A stretch of 61,114 bases of DNA, counting the filler, from Sphacelaria rigidula (lineage: Eukaryota), in NCBI GenBank assembly GCA_964200075.2. It is 3 parts of 3 records of this genome, joined end to end, with 100 filler letters (N's around TTAATTAATTAA, not from the genome) between each part and the next. Parts side by side here need not be neighbours in the genome. Positions count along the whole stretch, not along the records: positions 20,423 to 40,742 come from CAXNAA020000545.1; positions 40,843 to 61,114 come from CAXNAA020000548.1; 1 more part is not named here. One strand, 5' to 3'. A program made the translations under genes and the position numbers. This document shows positions 39,071 to 51,664 of the stretch, piece after piece (position 1 is the stretch's first letter; every line of letters starts with the position of its first letter). The notes below the pieces were generated by a model that was not told the origin of the DNA, did not search any database, and worked only from the letters and a program-made list of their open reading frames with translations.

Positions 39071-40742
39071 AAACTGCGTGCTTTGTCCATCACACGCGAG
39101 TGCCGAGGATGCTGACGATCTCTCTCTTGCTTTTACAAACCTCCTCTTTGTTCGATGTTGCGCCCGGGCATTTACCTGGGGGCGGGTGCGGGGTGTACGG
39201 GAGGGAAGCAGGGTGACTGTTTGACGCCAAGCGCTCACCGATCTGCGCTGATGAGCGACCTGCCAGTTTAAAGGACGGCGGTGAGTTTTGTGTCGGTGTC
39301 GCACAACCAGTGGTAATCACCTCGATCCATGGGCGCGCGTTTCTGCTGTTCACACAGGTTTTGTATTGATATTTTTTGCCATGAGTAGTTTTTTACTTCC
39401 CTTGGTTTCGGCTGGTTTCGGGTTCTTGATTTCCAGACTGAATGTGTTTGTTCTATATTTTGTTCATCTCATATGTTTTTTAAGGAATGTTTCCACTTCC
39501 TTCATTAGCTTGGGTACATCCATCTTGTGGATAACGACCAGTATGACCAAGGTTGGGTCCCTCGAAGATCCGTTGATGTGTGACAATCGAATCAAGTAAA
39601 CAGGATGAACACCATAGTATCATCCATTGTACGTCAGTTGCAGTGTGGGTATCATGAAAATTTGGTCAACATTTGTCGCATGTTTCAGGTGTTGCTGTAC
39701 CGTGGGTTTTGGGGCCGTGAAGGGTTTGCAAGAAATTATTTTGATGATCGACTAGTCTTGACTCCGCAACACACTGTTGATGTTGCGATTGCTATGAGTT
39801 AATGGCAACAATCGTGGCACCAGAGACTCGCACCCTCTCGCCACCCGTTGGACATCTGATAAAGTCAGAGTTTCCAGTGCAGTAGTCGTTCGCAGTATTT
39901 GATCCCTAGACAGCACGGTTCGCCTCGAGACCGTTTCGCCGGCTGACGGTCCAGGGACAGGCAGGGGTTTCCAGCGGGGGGGGAGGGGGAGCGGGAATGA
40001 GTGCTTATTCTTTGATCAGCCAAGCGTGTTGGCAATGATCCGTTGGAAAGTTCTAAGCTAGAATGAAAGCCCAAACCAAAGAAGCTGACCACTATAATAG
40101 TGCTGATTAGTCAATTGGTTTAAAAACTGAATAATCTGTGTTCAAATTCGAAAGAACACGATGGGAAACAAATCTCTCAGAGTAGACTTGTGGACAAATG
40201 ATACCGGAAGGTTTCGAGGTCTTATCTGTTCCACATCGACAAGGGGCAAGTGTTCGTCAATGAAATCGTGAGTGCAATAATATTTCAGATGTCTTATGAA
40301 AGCTCTCCCGCAAAGTATCGAATCTATACGTGAAAATCCTTCCTGAAATATCTTGCGAGTAATTAACAGGGGAGCCAACCCCTCCTCTGCAGGTCATTGT
40401 CCATGTTGGAGGGAGGTAGGAATGATTAGGGCACATTCACCTACGTTGACCGATGTTCCGGGTCGTGTTTTAGGTTTATTTGGTACGGACACACCAGGCC
40501 GTCCATTGTCTTCTACTGCAGCCCGCGCTTCAGCAACCGCTGCGACTGACAAAGAACGTTCCGCAGCTAGTAAAAAAGCAGCTTCCGATAGAGTAGAGTC
40601 CGCCCGAGTAGCTGCTAATAGGAAGCCTCATGCACCGGGTGCGTTGTCGGGGGAAGTTGTAGGCCTGCCGTGGCCAGTTGAGACCAGGTATCGTTCATGT
40701 AATTAATTTACCCATTTTTGCCCACTCTCACACACATAACAC

Positions 40743-40842
40743 NNNNNNNNNNNNNNNNNNNNNNNNNNNNNNNNNNNNNNNNNNNNTTAATTAATTAANN
40801 NNNNNNNNNNNNNNNNNNNNNNNNNNNNNNNNNNNNNNNNNN
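40743..40842. other. Artificial scaffold spacer N44-TTAATTAATTAA-N44
   Basis: Identical to the spacer at 20323-20422. Confidence 0.97.
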
Positions 40843-41139
40843 TGCTCCCACTAAAACCCCCTATCAACTTGGCGCAGTACACGCGCCGCCCTGCTCCTGA
40901 AAGCTTCGGCCCTAGTACGGACATGTCACTGCTTATGCTCCCGATGCTGCTGCACAGCAGTCCCCCGCCACAGACTGAACAAATCGTCCCAGATGGTACG
41001 AAGTTAACCAGCCCGACTGTGTCTCACTGAGATGTTACTGCTTGTATTGGGCGGCGGATTCCTGAGGCGCACACAGCCTTCCTGCCTGCGAATACCCCCC
41101 CTTCACGATGGCATGTTGATCGTTGTCAAGATCAACCCA

Positions 41140-41420
41140 TAGGAAGACGAGGGCGCCGAAGCCCCTACTATTCCCCCCGTCACAGTGTCACTTTCGACCT
41201 CTGTGAAGACCGATCCTGAGGAAGGCGAGGGCGCGGATAGCCCAGTTGCAACTACCCCCTTCACGGTGACAGCTTCGATATTTGCGAAGATGGACCCGGA
41301 TGAATGCGAAGGCGCCAAAGTCCTGTCACGACTGCCCCCTCTATAGCGCCACCCTCGATAATCAATTTGACCGTGGAGGAAATCGAGGGCGCCGACAGCC
41401 CTGTTACGACTGTTCCGCTG
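41140..41420 (+). repeat. Coding-like tandem repeat, 77-81 bp x4 (EGADSPVxT motif)
   Basis: GARGGCGC at 41149, 41227, 41308 and 41385. Confidence 0.6.
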
Positions 41421-43419
41421 ATTCTGGTGGAGAAGAGGAAGGCGAGCCATTCCTTGTTTTGGGCATGTCCCGCTCCTTCTCTGTGTCCTCTCATCCCTTT
41501 TATGATTGATTTCACGCGTTAGAGTCTCAAACCACGCTGATGTTGCGCTCACGCGCCAGGTGACAATGCTAACTGTGACGACATTCCTGTTAGAAGTCAG
41601 TAAATGCCACAGCAACAGCAACAGCAACAGCGGCGAACCGGTAGGCTCCAGCACCCGCGCACGGCACAGGTCGACGTTTGCACATCTTGCGGCGGGATCT
41701 CCAACGTGTCGGGGGCTCGTCCACGTTGTAGCCACGTTGACAGCGTCAATAACGGCCCAACGTGGTCTCAACGTGGTCCCAACGTGCCAAACGCGTGACG
41801 TTGGGAGCACATTGGGGCGTGATTGAGGTTGTCAACGTCTGTACAACCCAGCGCACGCCTGACGTTGGGCCAATCCCCTCCCAACCGGAGTAAACGTCCA
41901 CCTGTGGGGCCGGCTAAGCGCATAAAAAATCTCAGCTACCACCTACCCCCACCCATTTTCTGCAGGCTGGCCGCACCTCCCCTCGAGGACTGCAACAACG
42001 ACATCTACTACTGATGTTATAGTGCCATGGGCGTGGCTCTTCCATCTTTGCGAGGATTGTTGCTGGAAAACGGGGAGGACATATGGCGCGACGAGATGTG
42101 TGCCGTGCGCGACTTTCCTGTTGATACCAGGGCAAACGTGCGTGGTGTGGGTTTGTGTGTTGCAAAAGTGCAAGAGTGCTTGATTCAATCTGTCTGGTGC
42201 GTGTCGCGCGCGCAGTTGTTTGAAGAGATAGAGAGCATGGCCAACAATACGCTGGAGAATTTAGCAAAGGTTGTGCTGCAGCACATCATACAACATGCCA
42301 CCACCGTGTTCGCCTGATTTGCACCCTGTGTCGATGGTGGTCTGTTTTCATCGATGCTCTTGTTACACGCTCTCGAGTGTGTGTGTGTGTGTGCACGTGC
42401 GTGATCACTTCCCATTGGAACAGAGGGGTAGCGGGCAAGGACAGCACCCCGAACTCGGGTTCTACCCCTATACAAGTCTACCAGCAGCTGTACCCGAGCG
42501 ATAGATTGGGCTTCTCTCTCTCTCCACATAATATTTGAGGTATTTTCAGCCCAACGTGAGTGTAATTGCGCATGCCGCGACGCAATTAGGCTTGAAAGAA
42601 TCGTAGTGGCAGTGTACAAATACGGCTACCTCGAAACGTGTGTCCGTGCACGACCCTTTACTTCAACCTGTTCGCAAAAAATGCCGTTTTCTTGTAACAG
42701 CGAAGACTCGTGTGATTTCGGGATGCCCAAGTTTGTAGCGCTGTATTCCAAGCGGGAGCATGATCTGGGCGCGAGCACAATAGTGGTGGGTTCCCTGGTA
42801 TACTTAGTTTCAGCTTGAAGTGGGTGGGCAGTGTTGCAACGACCAACTTACCGTGTCTTTGACGTTCAGAAAATAGCTCTGCTTAAATATGGTCGGGTAT
42901 GATTCGCTAACGTTCGATCCATCGTGCTTCCACGACGCCGTCGTTGTCGATATGTCCACACACGGCTGCCACACAGGATCGTGTCGAGCTAGAACCTGTC
43001 AGGGGATACCTGGCGAAAAAGGTCAAGATATAGGCCGCACAAGAGTATCGCGCAGCTCGCCGGCCTCCAAGTGAGTTTATTCTTGCTACAGGCTTCAAGG
43101 ACGCCGTGATACGGCTTTTACTCTACTTTGTCTTGAGTACTGAAAACCTGTATTTGCTTTTTAAACAAAACCGCTCGTCAACCATGTTAACGCCATTGCA
43201 CATGTTTTTCTCAGTCGATGCCTGCATACATCTCCACGCCAATCACGTATCAAGACGCGGACGGTTGGTCGAACGACCTGGCGAGCGTGAACCTTCTTCT
43301 CGGAGTGCACTCATCGTAGACCCAGACGGCGAGAGTCAACACTTTCCCCCACCCCAACGGAACATGATCTCGTGGCGTCGCTCGATGTGGCGGACAGAAT
43401 TGAGGACGTGACGGACCTG

Positions 43420-43900
43420 CGTGCCGAGCCTTCCCGGAACGTCCTTCGGTAGGCAAGTCTTGCGCGATCTCCATGAGGATGGTATCGTTGACATTCCGTA
43501 TGGCATTTCGGAAGATGACGCTCTTCACAAGGCGAGCGTTGTAGTTGATGCAGCAAATAAGTTATTGCTGGGAGGTAAAAGTTCAGAGAGTCGAAGCCGA
43601 TCAAAGGGCAGACGCGGCATATGCTAGAGGTAAGGTATATGGGGGGTGATACCAGTTCCATTATCGAAGAGATTGCAGCAGCAATCTCCGCGGTCCTGCG
43701 AGCTGTTGTAGACGGTGCGGCCGCAGGAGTTGTATCACACCGGCGATCGGTGTTGGCCAACGAAAAGGGTACCGGGGAACAGATATAGCATCGTGGTGAC
43801 AAGCCGCGGGCGTGGTGCCTAAGATGAATCCTTCTCAAAATTGCAAAAGGTGCAGGCTGGAACCACCCCGGGCACTTGTACTTGGCAGCCAAAGGCTGTA
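43420..43900 (+). pseudogene. Possible PhyH-like 2OG-Fe(II) dioxygenase relic
   Basis: LHEDGIVDIPYGISED resembles the PhyH N-terminal motif. After a frameshift, VLANEKGTGEQI*HRGD resembles G...Q.WHRD. Confidence 0.35.
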
Positions 43901-44293
43901 CGCTGCCGTCGTTTGGTATGATTGAGTCAACTGTACAAGGCCCGATGGCTAGCGTTTGGTGGCATGTATATTGAACACAGGGGATAACAAAAGGAAAACG
44001 GACGTCGATTGAAACTAGGAAGCTGTGCTAGGTGAGGATGTAATCCAGGTGTGTGCGTAGTAACAGTAGACATCATCAAACGAACAGTAGTTTTCACACA
44101 AGGTCGTTTGCTGAAACATGATTTACCTGAATCTCCCCTTGCAGAAATATGACTCGCCAGGCGATGAGTCTGTCCCGCTACAGCACATATTCTGGGTTTG
44201 AACAATAATCAGCTCTCCCGTGTATGCGTATGAGCACGTGAGTGTGTGTGCAAATACCCGGCCTGTACGATGTAGATTCTTCATGAGAGGCCT

Positions 44294-44678
44294 GGTGTGT
44301 TGAGTTGCAGTTTGCTTGGCTCCACTCTCTATCCGAAAAAGCAGCGTGGGCGTGAGGTCCGAGCGCTTCCATCCACAAACGAAGGATGCCTGCTTCGCTG
44401 ACTCCACCGCGGGTCAAGTAGAGAGAGGGTGGTGTGTCTTGTTGCAGTTTACTTGGCTCCACTCTCTATCTGAGGAAGCAGCGTCTGCGTGAAGCCCGAG
44501 CGCTTCCATCGTCAAACGAAGAATGTTTGCTTCGCTGACTCCACCGCGGGTCGAGTAGAGAGAGGGTGGTGTGTTTCATTGCAGCCTGCTTTTGCTCCAC
44601 TCTCTGTCTGAGAAAGCAACGTGGGCGTGAGGCCCGAGCGCTTCTATCCTCAAACGAAGTATGTCTGCTTTGCTGATC
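44294..44678. repeat. Tandem repeat, 137-bp unit, about 2.8 copies
   Basis: GGTGTGT...TTGCAG...GCTCCACTCTCT at 44294, 44431 and 44568. Confidence 0.93.
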
Positions 44679-46939
44679 CCATACCCTAACCCTACGTGGT
44701 CATGGCGTTGTGGATTTTTGCTGCACTATTATGTTGTATATACCTCCCGCTGCCTTGATTTGTGTTCCGCATTGGCCGGTGGTGATTTTATCGTATAATC
44801 TTGTCTTCACGCCTCTACTGGTCCCACTCCCCGATCTCGTCTGACGTTCGCGGTTAGAGGGCGTCCTTTTCTTTCTGTTCTCCACGGGCCTTCTGTACGG
44901 CTCTCAATGACACGCTTGTCGCCCCCGATACTCGACGCGATGATTTACAGGAGCACAGAGTACCGTGTTCTTGCTGCAGACGGAAACCTGATCGATCGGT
45001 CGGGCGCCATGGCTTCAAGAGGAAACAACAACGGGCGCGGCACCTTACCTTCTCCTCCCTATGTTCCCGTTTCCTTTGACACACCCGCATACCTCAAACA
45101 TTCGCTCCGCTCTTTTGCTTCACACAAGCCCAGCACAAGTACCTTCGATTTTATTCCTTCTTTCCGCACGAGGAGCATCGTTTTCGTCTCACCGCCGTAC
45201 CCCTCCCCTCTGTTGCCCCATCACTGTGTCCTTCCTCCCTCCTGTCGATGGTAGGTGGCGTTGCTGCGTCTGGTGCTGCTGCTGCTGCTAGGGGTATCGT
45301 TAACGTCGGAAAAGCCGAGGAGCTTGCCTTTGAGGCAAGGAGGGGCGGGCGAGGTTGTGAGCCCCACCGGGCTGAAAACGAAAGGGCGTCGTATAACCGC
45401 CAAAAAGCTTCAATCCAGAAGCGATCAGCTACAGTGGGAAGTAGTGACATGAACGGGCTGGAAATAAATTTCAGACGAGAGTAACTTCGAGGGGCTTTAC
45501 CTCAAAAAGCTGCCGGAACCTTTCATTAACATTACGTGCTCTATTGGTGCTACATTGCTGATCGTGCCTGTTGTTGGCGTTGCTGTTGTGATGGCAGTGA
45601 CTTTGTGTTGGCGTTGTTGGACTTTTATTTAACTTTGAGGTTGTCAGTGGAGTATTGAAGATATCCATTTCACCACCATCCGTAAACCAGCACTACTCAC
45701 CGCCATGGCATCTATGTTCAGTTCACCCAGCTCATTTGACAGGTTGAATGAAGGGCTATTTTTTGGGGGGGTCGCTGTTTTACCTCCACAGTTGGAGTTG
45801 TTTGCCACGTTCTTGGAAAAGTAAATTTGTGCAGGGGGCGTGGCGTCTTTCTTGAGTGATGCACATTCTAGCATTGGATGAATGTTTAAATGGGTACCGA
45901 GGGAAGAACAAACCCTTCAAGCGCAACCGGATTGTTTCAAACATGTTTGTCCCTCCTCTGTTTATTCGTACCAGGCGAACTCTACTCAGGGTGTATTCGC
46001 CACCCCAGCAAAAGGCGGCACACCCTCACCAGGGCGCGCCGCACGCCTGGACGCGGTACTTCATTTACCTCGATCGGTAGCACGGGTTCCACGGAGGGTA
46101 CGGAGGATTGTTGAGACTAGATTTGGTTCTTGGTTTCTTGAAGGGAGATAGAGGGAGCACTGGTCCAGGGTTGGTGATAATCGTACTCGTGGAGGGATAG
46201 GGCCTAGAAAGCTACGTACTAGGGAACGAACGAATTCTCACGGTAAACCCTAAGTACCAGGCCAGGCTGCGGCCCCAGCTCTGGCATCGGCCGCAGGAGG
46301 TGGAGGTAGCGGGGGCGTGTCAGTTGGGACAAGCATGTTGTCGCGTTCTTTGTGTTACGGGTTCTTTTTGTTTATATATTTGAATTGTGGCTCGGGTATT
46401 TTGCGATAGAAATTCAATCCGATCAACGCAAGAATAGTCGCCATAGCACAAATCAACACCAGACTGTCCCTTTTTCTGCTGCCGGTTTCGATAATGTGCA
46501 TTTCATCTTATCGCTTGTCTACGCAGGCTCCGTTTGCACAAGTGATTCTCGGTCATATTTGTCCACGACGGATTGTAGACTGAATTCTCGATTGTCACCT
46601 TTCCTTTTCTTTTCGCCTACCCTGTTGTGATTTACGAAGAACCTATCAAACAGCTTCTCGCGTGCGTCGAAGAATTTTCTGCTCGGAGCATACGGGTGCG
46701 GAAAGGATGAGGTGTGCCGCCGTGCAGCAGCCGTACTGATTGACGATTCGGCGACGCGATTTGTAGCGCTTAGTCGTTCGAGCTGGTTTGCGGGAGCACT
46801 TCGCTCAGTGTAGATCGAATGGTGTCGGATGGTGCCTTTCGAAAGTGTTTGTGCCTTGCAATAACATATGATTGAGACATTGATTTTTACTTGTTATGCT
46901 TTCGCTTCTTGGGGTGTCTACTACAACCTCTATTTTTTC

Positions 46940-47900
46940 TTCGCGGTCACATGGCCAGCACACGAGGTCTTGGAAGGAAGTACTGCCTTCGAGGCACGTT
47001 CCTTTGCTCCTTTTTCGCATCACATGGCGATTTATTTTCGCGGTCACTTGGCCAGCACACGAGTTGAAAAATTAAAGCAATGCGTTCGAGGCACATTGCT
47101 CTCCTCTTGTTGAAACAAAAATCGCGCTCGCGTGGCCGTCATGTTGGAGGAGAGCAATACCCTCGAGGCCCATTGCTCTCCTCTTTTATTCGATTTTTTT
47201 TCGCGCTCGTGTGGCCGGCACAAGAGGTGTAAGAGAAAAGCAATACCCTCCAGGCCGGTTGCTCTCCTCTTTTTCTCAAATTATTTTCGTGTAGAAAAAA
47301 TCAATGCCCTCCAGACCGATTGCTCCCCTTTTGGTGAAATCTTTGCGGCCACGAGGCTTGCACGCACCCACCTCTACATTTTGAGCGAAATGTTTACGCG
47401 CTCAAGTGGCCAACACAAACAGTGTAAGGCGAGAGCAGTCCCCCCCAGGCCGATTGCTCCCCCTTTTCGTCAAATCTTCGCGGCCACGAGCCTGGCACGC
47501 ATCCACCCCTATATATTGAACGAAGTTGTTTTCGCGTCCATGAGGCCAGCACGAGAGATGCAAATCGAGAGCAATTCCCTCCAACTCGATTGCTTGCCGT
47601 TTTTGTCAAATCTTTGCGGCCATGAGGCTGCACTCATCCACCGCTACATATTGAGAGATTTTTTCCCGCGATGACATGACAAGAACATTCCCGCGCTCAA
47701 GTGGCCAACACAAGAGATGCAAAGCGAAAGTGATCCCCTCCAGGCCGATTGCTCCCCCTTTTGGTGCAATCTTCGCGGCCACGAGGCTTGCACACACCCA
47801 CCCCTACATCTCGAGCGAACCATTTCCGCGCCCACGTGGCCAACACAAGAGATGTGAAGCGAGAGCAATCCCCCCCAGGCCGATTGCTCTTCATTTTTTT
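46940..47900. repeat. Degenerate tandem array, units about 80-97 bp on the left and 135-159 bp on the right
   Basis: CGCG....(G/A)TGGCC..CAC anchor at about 46941, 47038, 47123, 47202, 47398, 47533, 47692 and 47827. Confidence 0.85.
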
Positions 47901-48132
47901 TAAATTGATTCACTAAGAATTGACCTTCTCCCTTGGGAAAAGTTGAAGTCGCACTAAAATACAAAAAACATGTCTGCTAAACGCAACAAAGATGCCGACA
48001 ACTAACAAAAGGAATTAGATGGTTGGTAAAAAGAAGACGACGAAGCGTGCGTCGTCCAGGCCGCGTAGATCGGTGCCCGCAGCGTCTGGGCAGCAGCTGC
48101 ACCCTTAGTACTACCCGCACCAGCAAGCGTAC

Positions 48133-50945
48133 TCACAACACAGGACTTGTTTTTCCAGCTCAACCAGGGATGATTCAAGTGCCTCACCCATCTTATTCCC
48201 CTACGGTCTTGATTTGACGAAATGTGAGACAAGGTGGTCTCGGTAAACCTAGTCTCTTGCTTGCCTCATCCGCCAAACGAAAATAAAAAATCTTTATAAA
48301 TGATAAAGCGTCCGGAGCCCGGGCCTGGTTTTCGGCATCCAGGTTTGAACTTTTTGCCAGATCATAAAGATACTGAAATTAGAGTGGAGCTTTTCCTACT
48401 TTTTGCGGGATCGATCGGGCAAAGAAAGGTTCTTGCCAGACCGGCCTCACAACACAGGACTTGTTATTCCAGCTCAACCAGGGATGATACAAGTGCCTTA
48501 CCCATCTTGTTCACCTACGGTCTTGATTTGACGAAATGTCAGACAACGTAGGTCTCGGCAAACCCAGTCTCTCGGTTGCCTCATCCGCAAAAAAAAAAAA
48601 AAAAACTTTTCAAATGACAACGCGTCCGGAGCACGGGCCTGGTTTTCGGCATCTAGGTTTGAACTTTTTGCCAGATCAAAAATATACTGAAATTAGACTT
48701 GAGCTCTTCCTACTTTTTGCGGGATCGATCTGGCAAAGAAAGGTCTTCGCCAGACCAGTCTCACAACACAGGACTTGTTTATCCAGCTCAATCAGGGATG
48801 ATTCGAGTGCCTCACCCATCTTGTTCACCTACGGTCTTGATTTGACGAAATGTGAGACAAGGTAGGTCTCGGTAAACCCAATCTCTCGCTTGTCTCATCT
48901 GCAAAACGAAAAAAAATAAAAAAAAATGACAAAGCGTCCGGAGCCCGGGCCTGATTTCTGGCATTCAGGTTTGAACTTTTTGCCAGATCAGAATGATACT
49001 GGAATTGGAGTGAAGCTCTTCCTCCTTTTTGCGGGATCGATCTGGCAAAGAACGTTCTTGCCAGATCAGCTTCACAACACGGGACTTGTTTATCCAGCTC
49101 AACCAGGGGTGATTCAAGTGCATCACCCATCTTGTTCACCTACAGTCTTGATTTGACAAGATGCAGGTCTCGCTAAACCCAGTCTCTCGCGTGCCTCATC
49201 CGCCAAGCAAATATCAAAAATCCTTTTCAAATCACAAAGCGTCCGGAGCCCGGGCCTGGTTTCCGTCATCCAGATTTGAACTTTTTGCCAGATCAGAAAG
49301 ATACTGAAAAATAAATAGAGTAGAGCTTTTACTACCTTTTGCGGGATCGATCTGGTAAAGAAAGCTTTCCGCCAGATCGGCCTCATAGCACAGGACTTGT
49401 TATTCCAGCTCAACCAGGGATGATTCAAGTGCCTTACCCATCTTGTTCACCTACAGTCTTGATTTGACGAAATGTGAACAACTTAGGTCTCGGCAAACCC
49501 AGTCCCTCGCTTGCCTCGTCCGCCAAACAAAAATCAAAAAGACTCTTCAAATGACAAAGCGTCCGGAGCCCGGGCCTGATTTCTGGCATCCAGGTTTGAA
49601 GTTTTTGCCAGAGCAGAAAGATACTGAAATTAGAGTGGAGCTTTTCCTACTTTTTGCGGGATCGATGTGGCAAAGAAAGATTCTTGCCAGACCAGCCTCA
49701 CAATACAGGACTTGTTATTCCAGCTCAATCAGGGATGATACAAGTGCCTCACCTATCCTGTTCACATACAGTCTTGATTTGACAAGATGCAGGTCTCGGT
49801 AAACCCAGTCTCTCGCTTGACTCATCCGCCAAACAAAAATAAAAAAATCCTTTCCAAATCACAAAATGTCTGGAGGCCGGACCTGGTTTCCGGCATCCAG
49901 GTTTGAACTTTTTGCCAGATCATAAAGAAGCTTTTGCTACTTTTTGCGGGATCGATCTGGCAAAGAAAGGAGTTCGCTAAGTCGGCCTCACATCACAGGT
50001 CTTGTTATTCCAGCTCAACCAGGGATGATACAAGTGCCTCACCCATATTGTTCCCCTACGGTCTTGATTTGACGAAATGTGAGACAACGTAGGTCTCGGC
50101 AAACCCAGTCTCTCGCTTGCCTCATCCGCCAAACAAATATCAAAACAATACTTTTCAAATAACGAATCGTCCGGAGCCCGGACCTGGTTTCCGGCATCCA
50201 GGTTTGAACTTTTTGCCCGATCATAAAGATACTGAAATTAGAATTGAGCTCTTCCTACTTTTTGCGGGATCGATCTGGCAAAGAAAGGTTCTTGCCAGAT
50301 CAGCCTAACAATACAGGACTTGTTTATCCAGCTCAATCAGGGATGATTCAAGTGCCTCATCCATCTAGTTCACCTACAGTCTTGATCTGTCTACATGTAG
50401 TTCTCGGCAAACCCAGTCTTATGATTGTCTCATCTGCCAAACAAAAATAAAAATATAGCTTTCAAATGACACAGCGTCCGGAGGCCGGGCCTGGTTTCCG
50501 GCATCCAGGTTTGAACTTTTCGCCAGATCAGAATGATACTGAAATTAGAGTGGAGCTTTTACTACTTTTTGCGGGATCGATCTGACAAAGGAAGGTTTCC
50601 GCCAGATCGGCCTTCCAACACAGGTCTTGTTTTTCCAGCTTAATCAGGGATGATACGTGTGACCCAACCATAGTGTTTACCTACAGTCTTAATCTGACTA
50701 GATGCAGGTCTCGGTAAACCCGGTCTCTCGCTTGCCTCATCCGCCAAACAAATATTAGAAAATCCTTTCCAAATGACAAAGCGTCCGGAGCCCTGGCCTG
50801 GTTTCCGGCATCCAGGTTTGAACTTTTTGCCAGATCTGAACGATACTGAAATTAGAGTGGAGCTTTTGCTACTTTTTGCGGGATCGATCTGGCAAAGAAA
50901 GGTTTTTGCTAGACGGCCTTACAACACAGGGCTTGTTCACCTGCA
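48133..50945. repeat. Tandem array, about 310-bp unit, about 9 copies
   Basis: GCGGGATCGAT at 48405, 48719, 49031, 49341, 49656, 49946, 50264, 50571 and 50878. Confidence 0.97.
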
Positions 50946-51145
50946 CTTGTGATTGAACAAAATGTGAGGCATCGACAAAAGATTAAACGAGATGAGATAT
51001 ACACCATTTTCTACAAATAATGGTATTGAATATCAACCCCCACCGTGCCATCCCTCAACCAGCCACGAACACATCTCCTGGTCTGTTTGAAAGGATCACG
51101 ACCTATTCCCGCGCTCTCTGAGACCTCAATGGAGATGAGAACCAT

Positions 51146-51664
51146 GTGTCGTCATACGAAGAAGTGATACAACTCCTCGACCCAGAAAAGGCCACGGTGC
51201 ACGAGAACACCAATTTGAGCTTGGCTGCAGTGGAGTTTCTCCGAAGGGGTTTTGCCGACCCCACCACTTCTGTGCGCAAGATTAACATCGCCATGTACAT
51301 CGTGGTGTTGAAGGCTAATGATCAGGACAACGGCGGTCTGGCCAAAGAGGTTTGCGATCACTTCTGGGGCCTCGACGACTTCGACCGAGGCGCGGTGACG
51401 AAATTTTTCAACTTCTCGATCTGCAACAAAAGAACCAGGCTTCTCTTGGATAAGATCATGGTTTTGAAGACCAAAACGATATACCCGGCCATCGAACACG
51501 AGTTCCAGGTCGAATTCATCTCGTTGTTTTTCAACGCCATGGAGAGCATTGTGTCTCGCGGGCAGCCTTTGATCAACCTGGAGTATGTGGACAAGGCAAC
51601 AACGCCTTCGCAGATGGAAGGTGCTCGAGGAATCATCGAGAAACATGCATCAACATCGCCATGA
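51146..51664 (+). CDS. Intronless orphan ORF (172 aa, begins at GTG), possibly the N-terminal part of a frameshifted gene
   Basis: Globular-looking protein with G/C-ending codons. Its stop overlaps the next ATG (ATGA). Confidence 0.55.
   Translation: MSSYEEVIQLLDPEKATVHENTNLSLAAVEFLRRGFADPTTSVRKINIAMYIVVLKANDQDNGGLAKEVCDHFWGLDDFDRGAVTKFFNFSICNKRTRLLLDKIMVLKTKTIYPAIEHEFQVEFISLFFNAMESIVSRGQPLINLEYVDKATTPSQMEGARGIIEKHASTSP

Noticed and set aside
44681-44696. Telomere seed CCCTAACCCTA (also about 54719)
   Set aside because: Fewer than two full units, which is expected by chance.
48133-50945. CRISPR-like repeat-spacer array
   Set aside because: Whole units are homologous, with no unique spacers and no cas-like ORFs. 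The same holds for the 5-kb, 44-kb and 47-kb arrays.
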